From IMG/VR virus record IMGVR_UViG_3300044837_000080, positions 1 through 56,618 of that record: DNA of 56,618 nt; one strand, written 5' to 3'. Below the pieces are notes generated by a model. That model did no database searches, was not told the DNA's origin, and saw nothing but the letters and a program-made list of their open reading frames with translations. This document shows, piece by piece, positions 34,577 through 44,129 of this stretch. The stretch comes from a virus (lineage: Duplodnaviria > Caudoviricetes). The first letter of the stretch is position 1; every line of letters starts with the position of its first letter. The position numbers and the translations under genes are program-made.

Positions 34577-36706
34577 GTGGCAATAACCAGCGCTCCCCGC
34601 ACAGCTCCCGGATACATGTCGGAACAGCCCGGTGTATTCGGTAACACCGTATTTGATATCCTGGAAACCATCCCGGATCTGGTATGGCCTGGATCGGTTC
34701 AAACGTTCGCAAAGATGCGGACTGATCCTCAGCTAGCCGCTGTGTTGAATGCGTACACACTTCCACTCCGGCAAGCATCCAAGCATGTAGACCCGGCTGG
34801 ATGTAGTGACGAGGTAGTCCAGCTAGTTTCGGATGACCTCGGGATTCCCATCCTAGGATCCGGTGACGAGCCCGGTCCAGCGCGTAGGCGTGGTGTGAAT
34901 TTCGATGACCATTTCCGGCTCGCTCTCCTGAGTCTCGTATTCGGGCACATGCCGTTCGCTCTCCGATTCGATATCCTCGGATCCCCACAGCGGGCGCGTC
35001 TAGCTGAGCTAGGCGAACGTATGCCTAGCACCATTACGCAGATGTTCACTAACGATGATGGCAGCCTGAAGGACATCATCCAATTCGGGAACATGACCCC
35101 GATCCCGGCTAGTAATCTGGTCTGGTACGTGCATGAGCGCGAGGGTGCCGCGTGGCAGGGTAAGTCAATGCTCCGGCCGGCGTACGGAGCATGGCTTCTG
35201 AAGCACGAGATGTGGCGCGTACTGGCGACTGGTAACCGGCGCTTCAGTATGGGAGTCCCCAACGTAACCGCTCCGGTCGGTGGCACTCCCCAACAGGTAG
35301 AGCAAGCGGCCTTGCTCGCATCATCCATGCGCGTAGGGGACCAAGCCGGTATCGGGCTCCCGGACGGTTTCAAGCTGGAACTGACAGGGATCACGGGATC
35401 CGTTCCGGACACGTTGGCATTCATCCGGTATCTGGATGGTTGCATGGCGCAAATGGCATTGGCATCTGTGCTTAACCTGGATGCGTCCCCCAACGGGTCA
35501 CGGGCTCTCGGCGCGACTTTCGTAGATCTGTTGCTCTCATCCCTGAACGGCATTGGTAAGGAACTAGCGGGCACGCTTACCGGGCTAGCCGTCCGGATGA
35601 CCGATTACAATTTCGGGGAAGATGAACCAGCGCCGCGTATCGTGATCGGGGATGCCGGATCCCGTCCTGAGGTGACATCCCTCACAATTAGTGATCTCAT
35701 GAAAGTCGGGGCAGTCTCCCCAGATCCGGCGCTGGAAGAATGGGTCCGAGAGCGTTGGAACATGCCGGAACGCGAGGATGACCCCGAGCCCGTACCGGTT
35801 CCCGCACTTCCCCCGGACGCCATTGGTACGCCGCCGGCTGTGCCCCCGGTCCCGGATGTTCCCCCGGTCCCCATGCCGGAGCCAGTGAAGGCGTCCCGGA
35901 AGCGTACGCGTACCCGAGTAGGTGTCCAGACCGGGATCCGAGCCGCCACGGTTGGACACCGGGATTTGACCATGGTGGAAGCCGTGTCTCAGGTGAACCC
36001 CGAGACCATAGATGTTCAGTGGACCTCAGCGCTTACGGCACTGGTGGCAGGGTGGACGGCTATCAGTGCGGCACAGCGCGCGGACATCACGGATCAGATC
36101 AAGGCAGCCGTCAAAGCTGATGACATGGAAGCACTCGCGGCTATCACGGTAGATATCGGGGACGGTACCGAGCTACTGACAGACGCCATGCGAGCCATGT
36201 CTGAAGATGCCGCTAAGGAAGCCAAGCGGGAAGCCAAAGATCAGGGCGTAACGGTTACCGGTGAAGTGATCGATACCGAGCGGCTCGGATCCATCGCGGC
36301 AACTGTAGTAGCCATCATGGGATCAGGGTTTGCCGGCGCGGCTGCCCGTGAAGCGCTACGGGTCTGGAGTCCAGGTAGCAAGGGTTCCGATATCGCGGCA
36401 CTGGTGGATACCCATCTCGGTAGCCTCTCGGATGCGTACCTGAAGGATCAGCTAGGCCACGCGCTATCGTCGGCTCAGAATGCGGCACGTATGGCGGTAA
36501 TGAACGCTGGACCTAAAGCGGATTACTACTCATCTGAAATTCTAGATGAGGCTACCTGTGACCCTTGCCGAGGTATGGACGGTACCAAATTCAAGGATGC
36601 GGATGCCGCTAGCGAGGCTTACGCATCTGGCGGGTACATCCGGTGTCTAGGTCGAGAACGTTGTCGGGGTATTGTCGTTGCCGTTTACGCGGACGTGACT
36701 AAGTGA
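34577..36706 (+). CDS. Portal protein (DUF935-like) with C-terminal Mu gpF-like minor head domain
   Basis: G.S.LRPAY..W..K, GS.ALG; C-terminal SEILD..TC..C...DG...C.G..RCRG. Confidence 0.85.
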   Translation: MAITSAPRTAPGYMSEQPGVFGNTVFDILETIPDLVWPGSVQTFAKMRTDPQLAAVLNAYTLPLRQASKHVDPAGCSDEVVQLVSDDLGIPILGSGDEPGPARRRGVNFDDHFRLALLSLVFGHMPFALRFDILGSPQRARLAELGERMPSTITQMFTNDDGSLKDIIQFGNMTPIPASNLVWYVHEREGAAWQGKSMLRPAYGAWLLKHEMWRVLATGNRRFSMGVPNVTAPVGGTPQQVEQAALLASSMRVGDQAGIGLPDGFKLELTGITGSVPDTLAFIRYLDGCMAQMALASVLNLDASPNGSRALGATFVDLLLSSLNGIGKELAGTLTGLAVRMTDYNFGEDEPAPRIVIGDAGSRPEVTSLTISDLMKVGAVSPDPALEEWVRERWNMPEREDDPEPVPVPALPPDAIGTPPAVPPVPDVPPVPMPEPVKASRKRTRTRVGVQTGIRAATVGHRDLTMVEAVSQVNPETIDVQWTSALTALVAGWTAISAAQRADITDQIKAAVKADDMEALAAITVDIGDGTELLTDAMRAMSEDAAKEAKREAKDQGVTVTGEVIDTERLGSIAATVVAIMGSGFAGAAAREALRVWSPGSKGSDIAALVDTHLGSLSDAYLKDQLGHALSSAQNAARMAVMNAGPKADYYSSEILDEATCDPCRGMDGTKFKDADAASEAYASGGYIRCLGRERCRGIVVAVYADVTK

Positions 36707-38193
36707 CCACTCCGCTTACGGTGCCCACAGCGCCGGCGCTTTCCAGCATTCAGAATGTCGAGATAGCGCAGACTGGTACCTGGAAGATATCCACCGGAAC
36801 GGCAACGTTCACCACAGAAGATTTTCACGCCGCTGTGGCCGCGCTGGACTGCCCTGCCATTCGGAGACCCATCCTGAAGCTAGGCCATGTTGATCCCCGC
36901 TTTGATGGGGAGCCCGCAGTGGGATGGATTGACAATCTAGCGGTCAACGCCAATGGCGTGACGGTGCTCGGGGATTACGTGGGGATGCCTGGATGGCTCG
37001 GACCCGTAATCGCTAGTGCATATCCCGATCGCAGTATGGAAGCGTGTTGGAATTTCAAATGCCAGATCGGGCATACGCATCCATTCGTTATCACTGCCGT
37101 TGCACTGCTCGGGGTTAAACCACCTGGAATAGGCACACTGGATAGCCTTCAGGACGTAGCCACTTTGTATGGCGTAGCGGCATCCGTTGACGAGTCCAAT
37201 AACGGATTCTCATTGATTGTCCACGCAAAGGGAGCCGAACCCATGCCTAATCCAGAGCCGCGTATCATCGCGGCTGGAATCTCCACAGAAGATATCCGGC
37301 GCGAGTACTACGAGGAAGCGGCGAGTCCATCCACATGGATCACATGCTTTGAGCTGGACCCGCTTCAGCTCATCGTGATGGATGATGCAAGCGGGGATAT
37401 CTCCCGGATCCCCATCACGATCAACGGAACCGAATTCACCTTCGGGGACCCCGTTCCGGTAGTGATTCAGTACGTGGATTCTGGCGTGAACCCGCTGAAC
37501 GCATCCGCTCTCGTCTACGCATCCCGAGCCGAATCCCGACCGGCCACGCGTACCGAACCCGTTCTCACCGAACGGCAGTGGAGTGATGTCAACCCTAACC
37601 CCAACCCTGACACGGCTCTCACGCCGGCTCAGGCCATCGCGAAAGTGCACAAAGCGGCATCCCAAGTAGGGACACCGGAAACAGATCAGGGAGGTTCCCC
37701 CGTGAACCGAGAGAAGATGCGGGAAGCGTTGGGACTCTCCCCCGACGCTACCGACACTGAAGTCGCAACGGCTTTCGCCGCTTCGCTTCAGACCGCCACC
37801 CCGGCGGCCCCCGTGACCCCGAGCCTCACTGAGGTGACGGCATCTACGCGCGTGCCGGACGGCATGATGGTCGTGGACGCGTCCGTGATCTCCAGTCTTC
37901 AGGATCAGGCACGCAAGGGAGAGGCTGCCTTTGCCGAGATTCAGAAGAACCGGCGTGACACCGTGATCAGTGCCGCGATCAGTTCCGGCAAGTTCCCGCC
38001 GGCGCGTAAGGAACATTACGAGGGGATGTGGGCTGCAGACCCGGTCGGGGCTGAAGCCACGATCAACAATCTCGCGGCCGGACTGGTTCCCGTCAACGCA
38101 GCGTCCGGGTACCCCGGTACCGGCTCGGAGACTTTCGAGCAAGACGAGACGTACTACGCGCTTTACCCCGAGATGAGGCCGGCCAATGCCTGA
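36703..38193 (+). CDS. Mu-like prohead protease/scaffold
   Basis: LKLGH...GEPAVGWI, YP.RS.E, AVALLG..PPG; LGL..DA scaffold region. Confidence 0.8.
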   Translation: MTTPLTVPTAPALSSIQNVEIAQTGTWKISTGTATFTTEDFHAAVAALDCPAIRRPILKLGHVDPRFDGEPAVGWIDNLAVNANGVTVLGDYVGMPGWLGPVIASAYPDRSMEACWNFKCQIGHTHPFVITAVALLGVKPPGIGTLDSLQDVATLYGVAASVDESNNGFSLIVHAKGAEPMPNPEPRIIAAGISTEDIRREYYEEAASPSTWITCFELDPLQLIVMDDASGDISRIPITINGTEFTFGDPVPVVIQYVDSGVNPLNASALVYASRAESRPATRTEPVLTERQWSDVNPNPNPDTALTPAQAIAKVHKAASQVGTPETDQGGSPVNREKMREALGLSPDATDTEVATAFAASLQTATPAAPVTPSLTEVTASTRVPDGMMVVDASVISSLQDQARKGEAAFAEIQKNRRDTVISAAISSGKFPPARKEHYEGMWAADPVGAEATINNLAAGLVPVNAASGYPGTGSETFEQDETYYALYPEMRPANA

Positions 38194-38560
38194 TTACACT
38201 CCGGTATTCCTTCCGGGACAGATCTACACTACTCAGGCATCCGCCGCGATCACTGGTGGACAGCTGGTGGAAGTCTCGGGATCGGGCACTGTCGCGCCGG
38301 CGGCTCTCAACTCTGTCAAGGTCGTTGGCATGGCCGCTCGGGATGCCGCTTCAGGTTCCAAGCTGCCGGTCATCCTTGACAAGGTAGTCCACGAGTCGGT
38401 TTCTGCAGGCGGCTCTACTGCCGGGGATTCTCTCGGCTCGGGTGCCGCTGGAACGGTCGCGACTGTGGCCGCTGCGGTTGGTGCGGCTGCAGGTACCCGG
38501 ATCGGTATCGCTCTCACTACGGCTATCGACGCAGCGGTCATTCGCTGGGTTGCACTCTAA
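38186..38560 (+). CDS. Capsid cement/decoration protein
   Basis: Ala/Gly-rich, A..AITGGQLV, VGMAA.DAA.G; upstream of the capsid gene. Confidence 0.7.
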   Translation: MPDYTPVFLPGQIYTTQASAAITGGQLVEVSGSGTVAPAALNSVKVVGMAARDAASGSKLPVILDKVVHESVSAGGSTAGDSLGSGAAGTVATVAAAVGAAAGTRIGIALTTAIDAAVIRWVAL

Positions 38561-38577
38561 GAAGGGAGTGACTTAAC

Positions 38578-39507
38578 GTGCCGCATACTTATCCCGCTGC
38601 GCCGCCTACCATTGCCAGTAATGTACTGACAATCTCGCGGTTCCTGAACAGTCCTCCGACCGTTCAGAGGCAGTTGCGTACCATCGCTCAGCAGCGTTTC
38701 ATCGCGGATGTTCTGCTCTCGGGACGTTACGAGACCGCCGGCGGAGCCATTCTTTACGAGCAGTCCGAGAGCATCTACACGGACAAGGCTCCGGAAGCCA
38801 TCGCGGCCGGTGCGGAGTACCCGCGCTCTACTGCGTCCCCCGGTCCCGCCGCTATCGCCGGCGTGGTCAAGTGGGGGCAGGATGTCCCGATCACTGACGA
38901 GCATGTCCACCGGTACGGGCGGCGCGCTGTGGACGTGTCTCTCCTGAAGATCGTCAACTTCCTGGTCAAACAGGTTGACGCGGTGGCACTCGCAGTCATC
39001 GCGGCTGCCGCTACACAGACTGCTGCCGCCACGGTGGCATGGTCCACGGTCGCTACGGCTGATCCCCTTCTGGACCTCATGAAGGGTGCCGCTGCGATCC
39101 GGGCTAACGACATGGGTTTTGACCCTGACGTTGCCGTGATGTCGGATCTCGCCTACGCGTACCTGGTTTCCAACCCGAAGATCATCTCGGGTCTTCAGCG
39201 CGAGTCGGATACCAGCGTCACGCGCTCGGGAACCAGCGGAGTCCTCTCCGTTGCCGGCATGAAGATCCTCCCGACGAACAACCTACCGACTGCCGGGAAC
39301 GTGTTCCTCGTGGACACCACGCAGTGTGGTGGACTGGCGTACGAGCGGCTGGAAAGCCCTGAGTACCAGGGTGATCCGTCGAACGGTGTGGAGTCATGGG
39401 TCCGGCGTGACCCTGAAGCCAACGATCAGTGGCTCGTCCGTGGCCGTCGCCCGGTGGTTCCGATCGTTCAGGAACCGCTCTCTCTGTACAAGATCACGGG
39501 AGTCTGA
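38578..39507 (+). CDS. Major capsid protein
   Basis: Synteny; E.IA.GAEYP, KWG....ITDE. Confidence 0.85.
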   Translation: MPHTYPAAPPTIASNVLTISRFLNSPPTVQRQLRTIAQQRFIADVLLSGRYETAGGAILYEQSESIYTDKAPEAIAAGAEYPRSTASPGPAAIAGVVKWGQDVPITDEHVHRYGRRAVDVSLLKIVNFLVKQVDAVALAVIAAAATQTAAATVAWSTVATADPLLDLMKGAAAIRANDMGFDPDVAVMSDLAYAYLVSNPKIISGLQRESDTSVTRSGTSGVLSVAGMKILPTNNLPTAGNVFLVDTTQCGGLAYERLESPEYQGDPSNGVESWVRRDPEANDQWLVRGRRPVVPIVQEPLSLYKITGV

Positions 39508-39510
39508 TCC

Positions 39511-39849
39511 ATGAGTGATCAGGTGGTATGGGCAGCTCTGTCTGTCACGCATCCCGAGACCGGAGAGGATCTCATTGTCAAACGAGATGACTTCCTCCCG
39601 GACTGGACCGATAGCTTCACGGCTTTCGCTCTCCGGACCACCGGAGCCACGCGGCATGTCCAGGACGGTCCGGCGCTCCCCGAGCCGGAGCCGGACAACG
39701 TTCCGGCCTTCAGCACGGAACAGATCACGCGTCCGAGCACGAGTGACACTGTCGACGTGTGGCGCGCGTACGCGGTCAACCAGGGACTACCCGCTGAGGA
39801 AGCCAATAAGGCGACCAAAGCCGATCTCATCTCTCGCTACCGGTCATGA
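39511..39849 (+). CDS. Hypothetical head-associated protein
   Basis: C-terminal W..YA...G......TKADLI. Confidence 0.65.
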   Translation: MSDQVVWAALSVTHPETGEDLIVKRDDFLPDWTDSFTAFALRTTGATRHVQDGPALPEPEPDNVPAFSTEQITRPSTSDTVDVWRAYAVNQGLPAEEANKATKADLISRYRS

Positions 39850-39853
39850 GAAC

Positions 39854-39893
39854 GTGATCCGGTAACTGTTCCCCCGTTCGGTTACCGGATCAC
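39854..39893 (+). terminator. Hairpin after the capsid operon
   Basis: GTGATCCGGTAAC...GTTACCGGATCAC. Confidence 0.75.
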
Positions 39894-39913
39894 TCTCGGA
39901 AAGGGAAACACTC

Positions 39914-40291
39914 ATGGCCACACTCGCTAGCACTACTCCCCCGATGATCTCCCGGAATTCTGCCCTAGGTGCCAGCGCCGGTCAACAGGTTGGATACGTT
40001 GCCGCTAACGCTGGTGGGGACATGGTCCCGCTGAGCGGTCAAGCTGTTCTGTTCTCTATCAAGACAACGGGCACGGCAGTCACGGCGACCCTGGATAGCG
40101 TGGCTCCGAGTAGCTACGGGACCAATGTCGATATCACCATGGTTCTAGCGGCTACCGATGAACAGCACATTCTGATTAAGAACGATGGCCGGATGGATCA
40201 GGGCAGCGTCAACGCCGGACTCATGGCTATCACCTACTCCGGTACGCCTACCGGCGCGAGCATCCGAGCAACTATTATTCCGGGGATCTGA
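39914..40291 (+). CDS. Hypothetical virion protein
   Basis: AAGGGA SD; structural region. Confidence 0.65.
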   Translation: MATLASTTPPMISRNSALGASAGQQVGYVAANAGGDMVPLSGQAVLFSIKTTGTAVTATLDSVAPSSYGTNVDITMVLAATDEQHILIKNDGRMDQGSVNAGLMAITYSGTPTGASIRATIIPGI

Positions 40292-40292
40292 C

Positions 40293-40616
40293 ATGTCCTT
40301 TGATGACCAGATCGACAACACAAAGAATGCTGACCTGAAGCGTCGGATCCGGCTCGCTTCGATCATTGCCGCTATCGACGTGCAAGGGGAAGCCGTAGCG
40401 GACATGACTCCGGCGGTCTATGCCAAGCGTGCGGCTCTGGCGAATAAGGTCATCCAGACTGCCGGACTCGGGACTCCCGGTGACGATGTCAATCAGATGT
40501 TCACATGGGCAGTCTGCTCTAATGTCGCCATCACTGCCGATAGCCCGGATGGCGACATCCAATTCTCTGTCAACACCGTATGGTCCGACTGTGCCGGCGT
40601 AACGGGAACCGACTAA
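40293..40616 (+). CDS. Hypothetical protein
   Basis: D.DIQF.VN..W C-terminus. Confidence 0.65.
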   Translation: MSFDDQIDNTKNADLKRRIRLASIIAAIDVQGEAVADMTPAVYAKRAALANKVIQTAGLGTPGDDVNQMFTWAVCSNVAITADSPDGDIQFSVNTVWSDCAGVTGTD

Positions 40617-41047
40617 TGACAGCTACCTGGACCCCGACACTACTTCAGGTTGCCGCGTGCATCCCGTCGCGTACGGTCAACCAGTCAGATCCGGGTAGCG
40701 ACCGTCACCTGAATACGTTCACTGTGGACACGGTACCCACAGCGGTACAAGCACAGGTCCGGATAGACAGCGCGGTGGAGAGTGTCATTAATGCCGTGTC
40801 CACTCTCCCGACGCTACTGGAATCAGCGGCACACAGTGCGGCTACATGGCGTGCGGCTGCAGATATCGAATTGGTATACCCGGACCGTACCGCCGATATC
40901 GACATCTATACGAAACTGAACGAGCGCGCCGAAAAAGAATGGAAACTATTCCTGGAGAAAGCCGAATCAGTAGGCGGTAGTTCGGAAGCCGTCAATCCAG
41001 CGTGGTATATGCCCGATCCGGTTTCATGGGGCGATACAGATCTTTAG
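40616..41047 (+). CDS. Putative head-tail adaptor
   Basis: Synteny; W.PT...VA, PTA.Q, AA..IE. Confidence 0.6.
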   Translation: MTATWTPTLLQVAACIPSRTVNQSDPGSDRHLNTFTVDTVPTAVQAQVRIDSAVESVINAVSTLPTLLESAAHSAATWRAAADIELVYPDRTADIDIYTKLNERAEKEWKLFLEKAESVGGSSEAVNPAWYMPDPVSWGDTDL

Positions 41048-41058
41048 GAGATTCTGTT

Positions 41059-41382
41059 ATGGGAACTGATACCTATCCGTACATTGCAACCGAGAACATC
41101 TACGCGGGTACCGTACTGGCCTACGTCCCCGGCGACCCTGTGCCCGAAGAGAACGCACTCCGGCTCGGCTACGTGGATGCCGGCTCGGTTGTCCCCCGAG
41201 CGGAGTACGACCCTGCCGATCCCGTGGCTGAAGGTCAACCGCTGAAGCGTGGTGACATGCCTCCCCATCTGGTCTCTCCCGAGTCCGTGACCGTGCTGAC
41301 TCCCGAGTCCGCTCCGGCTACTACGGTCACTGTCGAGCCCGCTAAGACGGCTACCAAGTCTGCCACTAAGGCGAGTACCTGA
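41059..41382 (+). CDS. Hypothetical protein
   Basis: AGGAG SD. Confidence 0.65.
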   Translation: MGTDTYPYIATENIYAGTVLAYVPGDPVPEENALRLGYVDAGSVVPRAEYDPADPVAEGQPLKRGDMPPHLVSPESVTVLTPESAPATTVTVEPAKTATKSATKAST

Positions 41383-41383
41383 G

Positions 41384-41653
41384 ATGGATAAGGACACGAT
41401 GCTGAAAATCCCAACCCTGGGTGATCGTGTGAAGTACGTGGGGAAGCTAGGCGCGAGTTCCCCGCGTGTTGCTTTCGTCACAAGCTCGTATCTGGATGTC
41501 CAGCCGGGTACGGATCTGATTCCGCTCAGTTCCCCCATGCACGTTTACCTTTGGGTGTTCACTCCCCGAAGTGTGGGATTCCCCGAGAGCGATGTCCCGT
41601 ACGATCCCGAAGGTGCTCCGGGTACCTGGTCATGGTTTTCGGATAAGGACTGA
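41384..41653 (+). CDS. Hypothetical protein
   Basis: PT.G..V.Y...L.VF.P...PGTWSW. Confidence 0.65.
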   Translation: MDKDTMLKIPTLGDRVKYVGKLGASSPRVAFVTSSYLDVQPGTDLIPLSSPMHVYLWVFTPRSVGFPESDVPYDPEGAPGTWSWFSDKD

Positions 41654-41655
41654 TC

Positions 41656-41883
41656 ATGGCGCACAGAGATGATGCCCTAGCGGCACAACCACAGACGGCA
41701 TCCGTTCAGGTTCAACTCGTGGATATGGAACCTGTGCTAGGTCTGGTGGCCGCTGTGTCGTCTTTCTGTGCCCTGATTACCCCTGAGCAGTATCAGGCCA
41801 TGACCACTAATCAAGTGGAAGCGCTCGGCATGGCTCAGGGCATTCTATGGCGTCTGAGTCATTCACGACCTGAGGTGAAGTGA
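41656..41883 (+). CDS. Hypothetical protein
   Basis: AAGGA SD; coupled. Confidence 0.55.
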   Translation: MAHRDDALAAQPQTASVQVQLVDMEPVLGLVAAVSSFCALITPEQYQAMTTNQVEALGMAQGILWRLSHSRPEVK

Positions 41884-42317
41884 TGGCAGTAGGCGGCCGG
41901 CTTCAGTGGTACCAAGCTGCACTAGATGAACTACTCCTATCCGTGGATGGACCCCTAGGTATGTACCTCGGACACCTAGCCGAGATCGTAACCCAAGGTG
42001 CAAAGCGTAGATGTCCGGTATCCCCGGACGGCTCGCATGGTAGACCTTCAGGCTACACGCGGTCTCAGATTGGATGGGAGATCGGGACAGATTCCTATGG
42101 TCCGTATGCCTACGTGATGTCTCCGGCCATGAGTCCTACCGGCTACCCGATCGGTTATGGCCTGGAGATTGGTACTGCACCGCACGTTATCAAGTCTCAC
42201 GGACTGTATCCGCTGAAGGACAAATACGGTCGCGTATTCGGACAGAAGGTCAACCATCCCGGAACCCTTCCACAGCCGTACCTACGTCCGGCACTCGATG
42301 ACATTCGGGGTATGTGA
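41880..42317 (+). CDS. HK97 gp10-like neck/tail component
   Basis: AK..CPV, E.GT.PH.I, VNHPGT.PQPYLRPAL. Confidence 0.75.
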   Translation: MMAVGGRLQWYQAALDELLLSVDGPLGMYLGHLAEIVTQGAKRRCPVSPDGSHGRPSGYTRSQIGWEIGTDSYGPYAYVMSPAMSPTGYPIGYGLEIGTAPHVIKSHGLYPLKDKYGRVFGQKVNHPGTLPQPYLRPALDDIRGM

Positions 42318-42736
42318 TGGCTCTGGATGCAAAGGGGATAGTCCGTGACTGGATCAATACCCGTACCTGGGATCTGGTAGGACCCGGTAACCCTCTGGCT
42401 AACGGTGCCCACCTGAAGCGGCTCCGGGGTCCGGCTACCGGCGCGTACCTCAGGCTTACCACGATCGGGGGAGGCTCGGCATTGACGGCAGAGAACCCCG
42501 TCCACCGAGCCCGGCTATCCGCCACGATCTACGCCGCTTCACAGGGTGCCGCTGATAACGCCGCTGTGGCGTATGCATCCCTACTGGAGACCTTCATAGG
42601 GAAGCCGGTTCCCATGGGTGATTACCGGTGTCTGATTGTGGATAACCTCAGCGGACCCGTTCAGATAGACGATTCCGAATCCACTAAAGAGCAGTATCGG
42701 TGTCTGGTAGACGCTGATTTCTATCTGACCGTTTAG
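42314..42736 (+). CDS. Putative tail terminator
   Basis: Synteny, immediately before the tail tube gene. Confidence 0.6.
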   Translation: MMALDAKGIVRDWINTRTWDLVGPGNPLANGAHLKRLRGPATGAYLRLTTIGGGSALTAENPVHRARLSATIYAASQGAADNAAVAYASLLETFIGKPVPMGDYRCLIVDNLSGPVQIDDSESTKEQYRCLVDADFYLTV

Positions 42737-42758
42737 GACGGTCGGGAAGGTATCCCCC

Positions 42759-43340
42759 ATGCCCGCTATCACAGTCAATATCGGATCCATTGCTCTCGGA
42801 CCGGGGTTCCTCTACTGGGCTCCACTACTGACATCACTCCCGACCAACACCGTTGCCGGCTCGGTGTTCACGGACGTGTGGCCTGGAGCGTGGCTGCCGT
42901 TCGGTGCCACGGATGACGGCTCGGAATTCTCATTCAAGCCGACTACCGAGAACGTGGAAGTCGCAGAGTATAACGATCCCGTCGCCATCGTGTCCACGAG
43001 TCGAGAGATCTCCATTACGTTCGCACTCGCCAACGTCAACGCTACGAACCTCAAGCGGGTCCTTAACGGTGGTACGAATACCGTCACGGGATCCGGCGCT
43101 ACCACCTTGACCGCGTACACTCCCCCGTCTGTCGGTGGTGAGGTTCGTGGCATGGTCGGCTGGGAAGCTCAGGACTCTACCGAGCGTCTCGTGATGGAAC
43201 AGTGTTTCCAGACCGGGGAAGTCAAGGTGACCCGTAAGAAGGGTGCGGCGAAAGCTACCCTTCCCGTGGAATTCCACGCTGAGGTACCGGCCGGTGGGCA
43301 GCCGTTCCGACAGTGGTTCGCTGGCGTGTCCCGAGCCTGA
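42759..43340 (+). CDS. Major tail tube protein
   Basis: GPG.LY.AP, W...GAT.DG.EF. Confidence 0.8.
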   Translation: MPAITVNIGSIALGPGFLYWAPLLTSLPTNTVAGSVFTDVWPGAWLPFGATDDGSEFSFKPTTENVEVAEYNDPVAIVSTSREISITFALANVNATNLKRVLNGGTNTVTGSGATTLTAYTPPSVGGEVRGMVGWEAQDSTERLVMEQCFQTGEVKVTRKKGAAKATLPVEFHAEVPAGGQPFRQWFAGVSRA

Positions 43341-43380
43341 TCCATCACATACGTTCACGAATCTTTAGGAGATTCAGAAC

Positions 43381-43965
43381 ATGGCACAGGAAGTACAGAC
43401 GGTAACGTTCTTCAAGGAAGTCGTACCGGATATTGGCTGGACAGGTAGTGACCCGGAGCCGGGCGGGCACATCCTAGGCGAGAGGTTGAACGCCATTGCG
43501 GACGCGTACCCTCTCACTCCGGACGAAGCCGCTGAGGAACAGGCGCACGCCTTCCAGGCACAGTCTGAAGGCGTAGATGTCACGGACAATGTGACCGCCG
43601 CATGGGGGAAGTCCTACCCGATCGGGAAAAAGATCGGACTCATGCCGCTGATGCGATTCGCTCATGCTGCGAAAAAGGGCATGGATACGAGCGACATGGA
43701 AGCGCTTGCGGCTATCTATGACATGCTGAAGGATTGCATCCACCCGGATCAGTGGGAGCGATTCGAGCTGGAAGCCACAGAAGCATGTGCGGACGCTGAG
43801 CAACTCATGCCGATTGTGGGGGACGTTATCGCGATGATTTCGGCACGCCCTACACAGCCGCCTATCGACTCATCGAATGGGCGGAATCCAATTACGCCAG
43901 ACTCGACGGGTACGCAATCCGACAGGGCTCGGGCAATGGGTCTGGTTCCGGTATCGGAATTGTAG
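43381..43965 (+). CDS. Tail assembly chaperone
   Basis: Between tail tube and tape measure genes; RPT motif. Confidence 0.75.
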   Translation: MAQEVQTVTFFKEVVPDIGWTGSDPEPGGHILGERLNAIADAYPLTPDEAAEEQAHAFQAQSEGVDVTDNVTAAWGKSYPIGKKIGLMPLMRFAHAAKKGMDTSDMEALAAIYDMLKDCIHPDQWERFELEATEACADAEQLMPIVGDVIAMISARPTQPPIDSSNGRNPITPDSTGTQSDRARAMGLVPVSEL

Positions 43966-44129
43966 GGTTGAATGCTCGGCAACTCTGTAACCTCGTCTAC
44001 GCTGTGCTAACCCATGAAGCGGACGAGGATCAGCTAGCGGAGATAGACGCTGAACTGGATGCGCCACTATTCGGGTATGAGATAGCGGCACAGCTCAAAG
44101 TAGACCGATTGTTGAAAGGTGGTGTCTAA
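43846..44129 (+). CDS. -1 frameshift extension of the tail assembly chaperone
   Basis: Open -1 frame PYTAAYRLIEWAESNYARLDG...LKGGV ending at TAA 44127-44129, overlapping the tape measure ATG. Confidence 0.65.

Noticed and set aside
34729-38142. Long antisense ORFs (34729-35574, 37210-38142) and similar shadows elsewhere
   Set aside because: They lie opposite well-supported genes, as expected in high-GC DNA
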